Shown: piece by piece, positions 1-16,715 of the stretch | Layout of the letters: the number at the start of each line of letters is the position of its first letter | How positions within the stretch are numbered: the first letter of the stretch is position 1 | DNA from: the human T2T-CHM13v2.0 reference genome, Homo sapiens | DNA length: 64,000 bases | Reading direction: 5' to 3' (one strand) | Assembly: GCF_009914755.1 (NCBI RefSeq) | Contig: NC_060930.1 | Notes under the pieces: model-generated | What the model was told of the DNA's origin: nothing | The model's database searches: none | The model's input: only the letters and a program-made list of their open reading frames with translations | Made by a program: the position numbers and the translations under genes

Positions 1-85
1 CTACCTATTTTTCCCCCTCCTGTCTCCTGGATTCAAGGCTGAGTTTGATGCTCCTCCTTGGCTTGCTGACGGCACCCAGAGCATG

Positions 86-173
86 CCTCTATTCAAGCAC
101 AGGCGTGGCACAGATTTTCTGATCTGTTTCCTCTATTCAAGCACATGCGTGGCATGGATTTTCTGATCTGTTT
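86..173. repeat. 44-bp tandem duplication (2 copies)
   Basis: cctctattcaagcacaggcgtggcacagattttctgatctgttt followed by cctctattcaagcacatgcgtggcatggattttctgatctgttt (3 mismatches). Confidence 0.95.
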
Positions 174-624
174 CCCTCTGTAAATCCCTTCGTGGTGGAG
201 ACTGTATCTTTCACTACTAGGTGAAAGATACCTTTCACATGTTAGGTCCTCAGTAAATATTTCTTGAACAAATGAATGAATGAAATTCTCACTCATCTCG
301 AAAGTGTACATTCTCTGCTTTCTCTGAGCAGCCTTTCAACACAGTATGACCACAATAATTCTATTTTCTCAGTGGAATTGCACACCTTGAGGGTAGACAC
401 TGTCCTGGCAATGGCTACTATATAATAAGATGCAGGGAAGGAATTGCAGGCACCACTGGTTTCCCTCGCATGCTCTGTTATTACAGTACTCCTTTATTAC
501 AAGCTTGGGTTTTGTGTTTGCAGATGCAGTCACGTGGCAGAACCAAATCTCATAAATATATAGGTAACGTGGTAACCAAAAGACTCCATTTTGGAATGGC
601 TGGAGTCTCTGAGACCTCTCTAGA

Positions 625-855
625 TGTAGTATAATGTAATGATTAAATGCCTGGGCTTTGGAGTCGATTAGATAGGCTCAAATCTCACTTCATAAACTAT
701 GTAATCTTAGGCAATTTCCTTAACTTTGTTGCCTCATTTTTCTCATCTTTATAAGCTTTGTGCTCCTCACATACTTGTTCTGAGAATTAAAGAAGATAAT
801 ACATATTAAGCAGTTAGCACAGTCCCTGGCACATAGGAATTATCCAATATCTACC
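625..855 (+). mobile_element. MIR SINE
   Basis: MIR-like core: ggctttggagtc...caaatc...ttaggcaatttccttaac...gagaattaaagaagataata...agcacagtccctggcacatag. Confidence 0.8.
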
Positions 856-1688
856 ATATCTACCAGTTCTTTCTTTCATCATTGTTATTATTTTCATCAT
901 TAGGAAGTCATCTCTTTCTTCCTTTTGGTGGCATTCCCCGGCACCTCTCTCCCAGTTCTAAGGATCTCAAGGGCAGCATATTCCACAAGACTTTTAGTAC
1001 CTCTGGTAGCATTTGTGGATTTGTGTGTCTGTGGATGTAGATATTTGGAAAAAAAAATGTCAAAACTCTTTACCCTCAACAAACCAAGAGTGTTTCAACA
1101 AGTATTCAATGACATCTCAGTCTCTTATCAACAAAACAATCTCAAATATTTATTCTTTTCCCCCCCCGCTGATGTCTAGTCACCTCCTTCCCCTCCAGAA
1201 CCACATGTCCCCTGCAGGAGGACAGCATTCTGCCATCTAGAAAGTTTCTATGCATTTCTCCTGCCTTTCTGAACAGGCCCACTGCCATGGAAAGAGAAAA
1301 ATGTACTCCATTCTCCTGATTTCCTAATGCTGTGGACATGTGGGTCAGGGAAAGTAATTCCTATTTCACTTTTCCTTTCTGTGATTAAACAGCCAGGCCA
1401 TGGTGCATGACCAAAGTTAAGCAGCTCTCCTCACCTGTCTCCAAAACAAGTCTGCTTACAGATGTGGGCCACATCTTGACCTCTTAACATCAACCACAGA
1501 GCAAGACCTGTACCCTAGAGATGCTCAGAAATGTTTGGTGAGTGAAAATGATTGGGTGAAGGAGTAAACAATTAAGAAAGCCAGCAGGATGAGTTGCATT
1601 AGCCATGAATTGCACTCGTACTGGATATCAGGGAGCAAACACAGGCTTCTCTGGAAAAAATGCTCTTTCTTTCACTCTCTATTATAAC

Positions 1689-1780
1689 AAGAAGAAGAAG
1701 AGGAAGAGGAAGAGGAAGAGGAAAAATGGTTGGAGTAGAAAAGGAGAAAGCAGATAAAGAGGAGGAGGAAAAAATAGAAA
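1689..1780. repeat. GA-rich low-complexity tract
   Basis: (GAA)n/(GAGGAA)n purine run. Confidence 0.85.
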
Positions 1781-1997
1781 GGGATTAGACAATTAAACAC
1801 GTTTTGCAATTCCATTTCTATGTGTATATTGCTTTACAGTTTTCAAGGTGTCTTCAGTTTCATTTAACACAATATATTTTTATTAAACAACTACATAACA
1901 TTTGTAACAATTGGCTACAAATTGAATAGGACACAGTTTCTGCCATCAATTCAAAATGATCCTGAAAAGTATAAAGGCCACTTATTTAGATTATGCC

Positions 1998-2125
1998 TTG
2001 TTTTATGATGAGCAAACTGGAGCTTGCTCGGAATGGAAGATTACGAATATTACTTGGCCAAGAGCACAGAGCTTATCAGTGAGGGGATTGGACCTAGAAT
2101 TCGAGGTCATATTCTCTACCCATAC
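1998..2125 (-). mobile_element. MIR fragment
   Basis: ttttatgatgagcaaactggagct...acttggccaagagcacagagct resembles the reverse-complement MIR core. Confidence 0.65.
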
Positions 2126-3572
2126 AAGGCTGCATCCTTTATCCTTTATTTAGACCAAGCAATATTCAAGCACTTGCAAACCATATGAATGTTCCAAATA
2201 TGTATACTGGACACCAAGACTTTATGCACATCCAGTATCTCATTTGTTGTGAACTTTGTTTTTATAATATAATTTACTGCCAACAATCTGAAAAGTGAGG
2301 ATTTGATGATATTTATAATCCACATCTACACAATTAAGAATTAACAGCATTCATCTCCAGAATGTAATAAATATTAAATCAAGCTTTTATATGTGGCTAG
2401 TAGCTATTTGCCTATTACATTAGTTAGGCAAACTCATTTCAATACTAACATTTAGATTTAAACTATAAACTCTAATCATATTAAAAAGCAACACTGTGCC
2501 AAATCTTGAACTGATAGCAAATACTGATTCATATACCAAAATCAGAAGCTAAATTCCACGGAACCACCAGTGAACTGTTTTGAGCATGAATTAAATAGGA
2601 AAATATTGGACTTGAAAATTAAAATAATGTCCACAACTAGGTGTCAATCATTCCAACATTCTATTCATTTTAGCCCCTGTAATTGAGCAGGCAAGCTCTC
2701 AACAGGAGGATGGGCACCTGCTCACATAGTGGTAAGTACTGGCCAACCTTGCAGCCAAGTCCACCAGAATTAACAAACTTGACCTTGTTATTCAGTAACC
2801 AATATGGATTTTAAAAAGAAAGAAAAAACAATGAAAAACATTCATGATTTAAATGGGAACCATTTTGTAAAGAACAACTGCAAAAGCAAATTTTACGTTT
2901 CACTGTGTTGCAATCCAAAGTAGCTGAGAGTACTGCTCTGCCACTTCTATTTTTGTAATGTCACACGCCCACAGAGAGTTCACAGGCACGTAGCTGGAGG
3001 AGAGACTGGTTCTCCCTTTTGTACCACTACCCTTCGGAGACAGGCATTGGAATTGCTTCTGCTCAGGAAGGCTAATAAACATAGTAACCAGAAAAAAGAA
3101 AAAAAAAAAGAACCCAAAGCAATCAATCAATCAATTAGATTAATGGATTAATTTTCACTTAGGCCAGAATTTGAGTTATTTGTTGAGGACAATGCTGGGG
3201 AGAGTTAGGGAATAAATCAAGAAACAGGTGGATTTGAGAGGGAAGGCAAACTGGGTGGGGTTAGTGGAGTGACCTGCTATATTCGTTGGCAAAAGCCTTC
3301 TGATCATTTTCTTTCTCCCACTTCAAACAGGCTTCTGTCACCATCACTCCACTGAAAGTGCTTTTGCCAGGATCCCAATTTGAAAAGTGAAATTTCCTAA
3401 TTAAAGGAAGTGGTTGACCCTGCAGCGTGCATATAGATGTGATCCATCGTCGTTCAGGTATACAACATGACTGCCGCCTCTCACACTTAGGCAGGGACCA
3501 AGGCTGATAGAATTGACCCTGTTACAGAAAAACTATCCCATCATATGAAGAAGGCACCAGTAAGCTATTTTC

Positions 3573-3855
3573 TTTCATTCATTCATCAGTTCATTATTTA
3601 TTCAACAAACATTTGTGTCCATAACATCCAGTCTAGTTCTAAGCGATAGCGATGCGACTAAGCATTTGAATAAGACTGAGGTGATACTTGCTCTTATGGG
3701 GCTCATATTACAGTAAGCCAATAAAAGAATAAATGAACAACATAATTTCAGATAGAGATAAGCACAAAGAGCAACATGGGACAGGGTAATGTGGACGAGA
3801 TCTGTCTTATATTGCATATCAGGAAAGGCCTTCTTGAGGATGCCATATTTAGTAA
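3573..3855 (-). mobile_element. L2 3' end
   Basis: ttcattcattca...ttcaacaaacattt L2 tail (antisense), then tcaggaaaggccttcttgagga. Confidence 0.7.
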
Positions 3856-3929
3856 CAAGAAGAACTCCTGCATGCTCTGTCTAAACCACCACCTGCCCAC
3901 ACCCCAGTAGCAACACTCCCAGAGTTGCC

Positions 3930-4260
3930 CATTCTCCCTCTCGTAGCAGCACATTTTCCATCTCTGCCAAATCATTCCTGTCTGTGTGCAATTTACCTAC
4001 AGTATCTCTCAATTGTTAAAAAATACCCTCCTCTTGCCTTCCCTCCCCTTTCAGATTCCACCCCATTTCATTTCTCTACTCTCCTTCACTGCAGAAATCT
4101 ACTAAAAAGACTTTCATCCTTTTTCTCCACCTCTCCTTCCCTTCTTTCTTGAACCTGCTTCAAACAGACCTCTTTCCACCACTCCAATGAAACTGCTCTG
4201 GTCAAGTTCTCACTGACCATCAGGTGGCCAAATCCTGTGGTCATTTTTCTGTTCTCACCT
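3930..4260 (+). mobile_element. L2 internal fragment
   Basis: ccaccactccaatgaaactgctctggtcaag...gccaaatcctgtggtcatttttctgttctcacctt, typical of L2. Confidence 0.7.
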
Positions 4261-4700
4261 TGTCATTAGTGCTCAGTCCCTATCCCCTGGCACTCACCAC
4301 TCCCTTATACACGGAGGTTTGTACTGTAGCCGTCTGGGACTCTCGAAGCAAGCATGGCCAGCTACAGATGGGCCGGAAGTCCTAGGGAGTCAAAGCCTGC
4401 AGGGGCAGCCCTCAAACAATGACAGAGAGGAACTGGTGTATAAATGCCTCAGTTTCCTTTCCCTCCTATGGGCGATTCTGACACAGGTTCTGTATAGGTT
4501 CCCAGAGGCATCCAGTGGCATTGAGTTCACTTTCCTACAGTGATAACCTTCGTATGAACACGCCTCGTGTGGACTCCCCTCCATTCCCTGTCTTACTTAC
4601 CTGCACCCTTACTGGTGCCCCTTAGAATCACCTCTCATATTAAGTGCTTGCGATCAATTCCTTGTCCGGATCTGCCTCTGGGAGGATACAACTCTGACAA
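4261..4700 (+). mobile_element. ERV-L LTR (LTR16-like), probable 5' LTR
   Basis: TG...CA ends; TATAAA at 4439; LTR16-type end ...ttccttgtccggatctgcctctgggaggatacaactctgaca; homologous to 9431-9840. Confidence 0.7.
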
Positions 4701-4705
4701 ATTCG

Positions 4706-5221
4706 TGGCAAAAGTGACCGCAATTTCCCCCTCACTATATTTGCAATGTGACTTTGCAGCTCCTCCCATAAAGAGATGAAGATCATTTCTCCACTCCTGG
4801 AATCTGGGCTGATCTCGTGAGTTGTTTTACTTTAGGGAAAGCAACAGAAGCGACAGTGGCAAGTGATATGAGCTGAGGCCTAAATGATTGTTACATGCTT
4901 CTTCTTGCTCTCTTGGGACTCAGCCTCTGTATGTTGAAAAGCCTAGACTAGCCTGCAGAATAATGAGACATTACGTGGGCCAGTGCGAGTCATTTCTGTT
5001 ACTGTCTGTGAGAACACTTAGCCAAAATCTGCAAAGCTAATCTGCAACTGACTCATTGCCAATCATAGACATACAGGTAACCCAACCCAAACCTGAAGAA
5101 CCGTCCCACTAGGCCCTGCCTAAATTGTCAACCTATGTAATCTTGAGCTGAAGAAAAGGTTACTTTTCAAAGCCACTAATTATGGGGATGATTCATAATG
5201 CAGCAAAAGGTAATTGTTACA
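4706..5221 (+). mobile_element. MaLR solo LTR (MLT1G/H-like)
   Basis: tttgcaatgtgactttgcagctcctccc...aagccactaattatgggg...taatgcagcaaaaggtaattgttaca. Confidence 0.75.
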
Positions 5222-5229
5222 TTTACCTA

Positions 5230-9430
<4,201 letters not shown>

Positions 9431-9840
9431 GCAAGTATTGAGGCTTCACCCATATTTTCTTGATATCCACTGTTCCCTTACAGGCAGATGGCTTTTAGCT
9501 GTAAGCATCTGTGACCCTCTTGCAGAGGGAATTCTCTAATCACGAGGAATTCTTGGTCTATGTGCACGACAGGCCTGAAGTGCCAGAAAGTTCATTCCCT
9601 CACAAGACGATCTCAATATGTCAGTCAAGAGTGGGTGGATAAATAACCAATCCGCCCCCACTCGAGTAGGACAATTCTGAAGCAGATTATATGTAGTGTC
9701 CCAGAAGCAAGCCCTCCAGTGGGATGGAGCTCCAGCTGCCCACATGGTAACAGCTCATTAATGAAGCCCGCAACGGCCTCCTTCCCTTCCTTGTCTCACT
9801 TCCTCAGCCCAACTGATTTCTTCTATAATAAGTCCTAATA
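9431..9840 (+). mobile_element. ERV-L LTR (LTR16-like), probable 3' LTR
   Basis: Colinear with the 4261-4700 LTR (ggataaata...caattctga...ccagtgggatggagctcc...ccttgtctcacttcc); directly follows the internal region. Confidence 0.65.
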
Positions 9841-10419
9841 ACTCCTCAAAGGTTAAGTGTCTTCAGCAAGCCACAGCAAGGTTGTTTCCTTGGTAATGAA
9901 AGAAAAAAGAAAGCATTATAATAAATCTGAAAATATTATTCCCAAAGGAAGGTCTGTAATAAGGAAATTACATGGCATGGTATAATGTATGTTTTTAAAA
10001 CAAAATAATGACTTCTTTGTAGAAAATTGATCAAAAGGAGACCAACTGTAAGTTATTACAGCATCTCAGACAAGAAATGGTGGTGGCTTGGCCTAGAGTC
10101 TTAGAAGTGAAGATGTATTACTTCTTAATTCCAACAGTGCGTCTGGGTTTTACACAAACCTTTTTGTAAACAAAAACCTGCAATTTAATCTGGTAAGGCT
10201 GTCTTGTTACAAGCTTGGACTAAAGCAATCAGTGAGAAAAAAAAATTGCCTATCCAGGGATGGATTCAATGTTGACTCTTTAGAACCAGGTCCAACTAGT
10301 TTAGTGAACATTTTATAAAACAGTAACAAAAATATAAAATTATATAAAGCCCATGTGTTACCAAAACTGTAGATACCCTGGTCTTTGAAGTGTCATTGTC
10401 ATCACTACTATGATGGAAA

Positions 10420-10612
10420 AAGTATAACATAATGATTAGTTAAGAGTCAAAGAAGGGAACCCTAGCTGCCTGGATTCAAATCTATGATCTGTCCATTAAT
10501 AGAGAGATGACTTAACTTTCTGAAGCTTACTCAGTTCCCTCAACTATAGAGTGGAAATAATCATAGTATTTATCATAGCTTTATTTGTAAAGATTAAGTG
10601 AGATAATACAAA
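10420..10612 (+). mobile_element. MIR
   Basis: ctgcctggattcaaatc...cttaactttctgaagc..tcagttccctcaactatagagtggaaataat...aagattaagtgagataata. Confidence 0.75.
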
Positions 10613-10654
10613 AATGAATAAACAAACATCATTAGGTATCCTGCAGACATTAAG

Positions 10655-11375
10655 CACAGAAGACTATTATTAACAACTTTCTGTCAAGAGAATTGATAAT
10701 TTAGATGAAATAGACAAATTTCTAAAAAATACATCTTTTTAAAACTGATTTAAGAAGAAATAAGAGGAATAAACTGTAATATAACCATCAATGAACTTGA
10801 ATTAGTAATCCAAACTCTCTCCACGATGATAATCCAAACTCTCTCCATGATGATAATCCAAGGATATTTAACTTCCTTCACTAGATGATCTCACAAAATA
10901 TTCAAGGAAAAAATGCTGATAGTTTTATCAAACTCTTTAAATAAGAAAAAGAGGGACACGTTCCTCAGTTCACCTTATGATTCTAGCAACACCTTGATGC
11001 CGAAATTCAATAAGGATAGTAAAACAAGAGGAAGAAAATAACAGACTGATCTTATCTATAAACATAAATGCAAAACGAATGAATAAGACATCGGCAAATG
11101 TAATCTAGCAATTTTCAAAAGGAAGAAATGACCAAATTGAATTCACCCGAGGAATGTAGGGTTGTTTCAACATTAAAGAAAAAAATATGTTGCTGTGATT
11201 AGCCACACTCACAGATCAAAGGAAAAAAGTCCACATAAACAACGTTAATAGATGCAGAAAAAAATGTTTGCTACATTTCAACATCCATTCATCATGAAGT
11301 GCCATCATAAAGTAGAATAAGATGAAACTTTCTTAATTTGCTGAGGGGAATCTACAAAAAAAACAACATCAAATA
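10655..11375 (+). mobile_element. Old L1M ORF2 fragment
   Basis: gataatttagatgaaatagacaaatttcta; aatagatgcagaaaaaa (IDAEK) and other degenerate ORF2 motifs. Confidence 0.8.
10806..10861. repeat. 24-bp tandem duplication (2.3 copies)
   Basis: taatccaaactctctccaYgatga x2 + taatccaa. Confidence 0.95.
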
Positions 11376-11978
<603 letters not shown>

Positions 11979-11979
11979 C

Positions 11980-12460
11980 ATAGTATTTCTTTTTTAAGTT
12001 GTAGACATAATTTGAGTCCTAGGATGGTACCTTCCTTCAAAGAGAATGTTTATTTGCTTCTACTAGTTGTGTGGGGGGCCATTAGTGCAAGACCACCTCA
12101 ATCCAAGTTGAATCTTGAGGTTCCTCAGATGTCAGGAGAAGAGAAGCTGATCTCTGAGTCAGCATGATTGCTGGTTTACTTGTGGTTTACTCTCATCCTA
12201 AGGCTGGAGTCCTACCTTTAAATATGAGTGGGGGTGGATCAGATTTTTCACGTTCGGTGGACTTTGACTCTTGTTCCCCTTGTCCTGGGATTCTGCCAAA
12301 ATCTCACTTCAGTTTTTCCACTGTTGTCTCTGGATCAGCAAATACTCTCACAGCAAAAGTTGTAAATGTTTTTTTGTTTTTTTTTTTAATTCCTATTTCA
12401 TCTAACTGTTTTTACTTGTTCTCAACAATAGGGTTTATTCAAATTGTCTTGCTCATCATT
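11980..12460 (-). mobile_element. L1ME-type 5' region fragment
   Basis: ggatggtaccttccttcaaagagaatgtttatttgcttct...gaccacctcaatccaag resembles the antisense L1ME 5' end. Confidence 0.5.
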
Positions 12461-14402
12461 ACTGAAAGCAGACAAACCCCACTGAAAAGTATACTTTATT
12501 TCTCAAATTTCAGTATTGATCTTATCAGCAAAATAGCAATAACAGTGATAATAATAATACCAACCTACTCTTCTTTGGTGAATGTTAAGAAAGATAAAGA
12601 TTGAAATACCTATTTCTCTGCAGAAGACACATTCCTGTCATTTCTTTCACCATAGTGGAATTTAAGTCATGTTTTTCAGAAGCCAACTCTAAATTAAAAT
12701 CACTATAAAGTCACCAACAAAAACCAAAGATAATATGGTCAAGATCTTCTTTTCTGTTTGCTTTAAGGATTTGTTCTATTTTAGAGTTCTCAAATAGTGG
12801 GGAATATTTTCTTAACAAAAGGGCTCAATCTTACTGCCATAAATATATGAATAGAGGAGAAAAGCCTCCAAGTGAGAACTGAAAGGTACAATCCCCACAT
12901 TAAGGGGGGTGATTTTTTATTCTGTTTATAAATGGACTCAAATTTCATGACTTAATTTTACTTTTCTTAAAACTAAAAATAAATTCACTGGAACCTCAGA
13001 GTAGCAGAAATATCCTAAGTTAAAAATTCTAAAATTACTTCAAAGGCTTTGGGGTTCATGAAAAGAAGTTCCATTCTCAAAACTCTGAAAATGGTTCAGT
13101 TTATTCCCAAGGCCTGCTCAGGAATGAAGTGAGAGCTGAATCTGTTTTATTTTCAAGACTAAAAACATATCCAATTTTATTGAGTTTATTGCACAATTAG
13201 GCTGCAGATTTGAGGAGCCAAAATAACAAAATTACAAATCATGTTTTGTACCTCACCCAAACTAGATGACATTTCTCCAAATTAATCAGCTACCCCATAA
13301 AGGATACTAACATGAGATCTGCAGAGACTTTCTTCATGCCAAAATATTATGGTGACTTTGTATCTAAACAACAGCCATTTCCAAGAAATGCTGAAGACAG
13401 CATGTTTCAAAGGCCAGGATCTTTCACCTGTATCCCAGCGCTTATTTTCCTATGTCCTGAATACACTTAGGTTGCTGGCTTTGGCTCCATTCTGATTTCT
13501 CATACACTGTTTTCTCTCTTTCCTAAAACATTGTGTCATCATTTGTTGTGAACAGTTGGAGAAACACACAAAAGAGGCCTCCAGGCAAAGCTCTTTCCAA
13601 AGTGAGAGGAGCTGCTGAAAGATCTTGACTGGTCTACAATGTCAAAAAAGAAAAAAAAATGACAAAGCCAAAGTTCCCCATCAACTTAAAGAGAGGATTA
13701 CTTTAGAACTCATTGCATTGGCAGGACAAAGTACTTCATATGGTCTCTCAATTCTCTCTAACATCTTCCAAACCTCTTCACTGACTCTCATCCAGATACT
13801 TGCCATCACTCTCCTGCAGTGAATCCCAAGCTCTTGGCAGCATTGTAGGAATGACTCTGTTTGGCAAGTTTTTGTTGCAGTGGGCAAGTGCCACATATAA
13901 ACTTCATGTGGAAATATGCACAAATACCGAACAGCGGGCATTCAAACACACTTGTTTGAAGATGCTAAGCTTTTTATAATACTTTCTTCTTTTGCATCAT
14001 AAGAGAAAACATTCATCATGTGTCAGGGGGCAGGGGGTAAAAAGAGAGAGAAACACAAAATGAATCAGATATTCTCCATGTAAGCATTGATAGTCGCTTG
14101 GCCAACCTAGCAAAACATTAAAGCAAGAGCATCTGGTCTTGGTTATCCTCTGCTTTTCCCTTGAGAGTCTTCTTCCTTCAACAGGCATCTGTTTATCTCT
14201 GCCTCCCATCCTCCACTTTCTAAGTTCTCCAAACATGAAGCTGGTACTGTTTCCTGTGTTGCATTTCACTATTGGGAACCTGACGTTCCAGTTTTTCCCT
14301 CCTTCTCACCTAAACTGTCCTGCATTTCATTTCCTCAGAGCTTTGCTCTGTTCTGCTCTGCTCTCTCCAAACTGAATGATTCTTTCTGGCTCATGTGTAG
14401 AT

Positions 14403-15350
14403 ACAAGCTGTCTACACTTTGCAAAGTTCTCTCATGCATGAATTTCAGTTACCACAGTTACCACCAGTTCCCCCCAACAACATAGTTCCAATTTCCGTTA
14501 CCACAGTACACTAACTCTGAGTAAATGCATGAAGTACAAACTTCACTGTTAGCTCTTCAATCCACAGATCACCACGCAATAACAGATGTACATCATGATC
14601 AGAGACCAACTACATCACTTCCTTCACATTCCCCCAGTGACTGGTCACTGTGCATCTGTTATCAGTTGATGCACAGACAGAAAAGCTGTGGTTGTGTTGC
14701 CTCCTTGGCTCCCAGTGGTAAACATACATGACGTTTTATAAAAATGAATACTCAAAAGAGGGAATTAGTTAATAAACATGACAGTCTAGTAAAAAACAAA
14801 AATGATAATGGTGAAAGTGAAATTCACATTGAAAGTAAATGGAGTTATAGGAAAAACAGCTGACTGTGGAGATGTGAACCTTGTGTCTATTGGAAAGACT
14901 CTAGATAGGCAGCCAGAGGAACTTAAGGAAGGTGAATTTATACACAAGAATTAGGAAGGCAGCAACAAGGAAAAGATTGAAAGTTAAGGTAAGATGTCTG
15001 AGAGAAAGACACATCAGCAAAAAAAAAAAAAAAATCATATTGAAGGAATTGAAAGATGTTTCATGGCATTGAAAGTTCAAAGGATAAAATGTTGGAAGCT
15101 GATCCAAACTTAGAAAGGAGTGTGACATTCTGCCAAGGCATAGAAACTATGTTTGCTCCATAGAGTAAGGTTTATGACAAAAAGAAGGCAAGCACTCTTC
15201 AAACTACTCTTGGTAAGTTTTTTACAAAAAATAAAACTCCTGAATGCTCCATGTTTCTAATGACTTAAATTAGACTGCACTAAATAAATATTAGTTTTAC
15301 TATATTTTTCGGTTTTCTGTATATTTATACCCATAGTAAGAGCGTTTTTC
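14403..15350. mobile_element. TcMar-Tigger-type DNA transposon relic
   Basis: Start ...atgcatgaatttcagttaccac; internal aaggataaaatgttggaagctgatccaaacttagaaaggag resembles the Tigger transposase C-terminus; subfamily uncertain. Confidence 0.55.
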
Positions 15351-15631
15351 ATATTATGGAAAAAAATTGAAAAACCACAAAGCAATCGTAATGATTATGA
15401 ACATGGTTTTGCAGGGTAGCAGAGCTGTTTTTATTGTCCCACACACCATGCAGATCAGGGACTGACAGTCTATGCTCAACAACAGGATAACACCACGACC
15501 GCTCTTTGATAGAATAGTTACATGTTAAAAGCTCTTCGTTAAAAGTATTACATAAGCAATAATTGTGCCTCTCCAACTCTAAGTGAAAACAGCCATCACA
15601 CTATTTTAATTGAGTTAAGCAGGACTATATA

Positions 15632-15978
15632 CAGTCATGTCTACTCCATGGTATTGCAAGCAGTGACAGGCTACATACATGACAGTGGTCCCATAAGATT
15701 ATAATACCATATTTTCATTGTATGTTTTCTATGTTTAGATATGTTTAGAGATACAAATACTTATAATTGTGTTACAATTGCCTACAGTATTCAGTACAGT
15801 AACCTCCTGTAAAAGTTTGTAGCTGAGGAGCAATAGGCTCTACCATATGCCGTAGGTGTGTAGTAGGCTATACCATCTAGGCGTGTGTGAAGGCACTCTG
15901 TGATGTTCGCACAATAATGAAATCACCTAATAATGGATTTCTCAGAACATATCCCTGTCATTGAGTGATGCAAGACTG
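15632..15978 (+). mobile_element. Tigger3a (MER7A-like) non-autonomous DNA transposon
   Basis: TA|cagtcatg ... caagactg|TA terminal inverted repeats and TA TSD; ggtcccataagattataataccatatttt core. Confidence 0.85.
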
Positions 15979-16289
15979 TATATTCTAATTGATATCTATT
16001 CTAGCCCTCCAGCTTCATTTCTCTGCTACTCACTCTCCTTTTCTCTTCAGACTCGCTGGCGTTTTTTAAAAAATATATTAAATATTTTGGATAGACAAAA
16101 CATATAAAGAGTATTAAAATTAACTGCCTACTACACTCCCCTGCTTAAAACAACAATTTTTACAATATTGCTGAACCCCTGTGTTCCCCTCTCAGATTGC
16201 ACCCCCCACATCATTCCTCACCACCACCAACACCTCTGATCCCAGATTCTATGTTAATCATTCCCATTGTTTGGTTGCTCCTATTTGTT

Positions 16290-16715
16290 GGCATATCATG
16301 AGCACTCACACGCTTTTCCCGATCCTGGACCCTTTCATGCCTCCCCAGCACTGCTGCTGTTTCCTTTAGCACAAATCCCCTCCTCTGCTCCGCAGCCCTG
16401 CCCACCACGGTTCCCTGCTACTTTATTTCAGGTGAGAACTACATTTCGTCATCACCTTCTCGGAGAGAAGGGACCTGGGACCTCCCTCACTGGGTCAGCT
16501 CCTGTATTGCAAGTTCTCATAGCACCTGGCCCCTCCCCTTTGCACTGGGCATTTCAGATGTGGTTTTGCATTCATTTGTGTGATTCCTCTATAAGCGGAT
16601 GTCTCCACACTGCTCCTGAGGGCAAGAACCAGGTCTGCATTCACTGGGCACTTCATCCTGGCACTGTGCCCTGTGCCTTGCATCTAGAAGTCACTTGATT
16701 CAGATTGAATCAACA
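16290..16715 (+). mobile_element. L2 3' fragment
   Basis: ctcctgagggcaagaaccaggtctg...ctggcactgtgccc L2-like 3' region. Confidence 0.55.

Noticed and set aside
86-173. CRISPR-like repeats (also 10806-10861 and 46985-47090)
   Set aside because: Only two adjacent copies, no spacers, eukaryotic context
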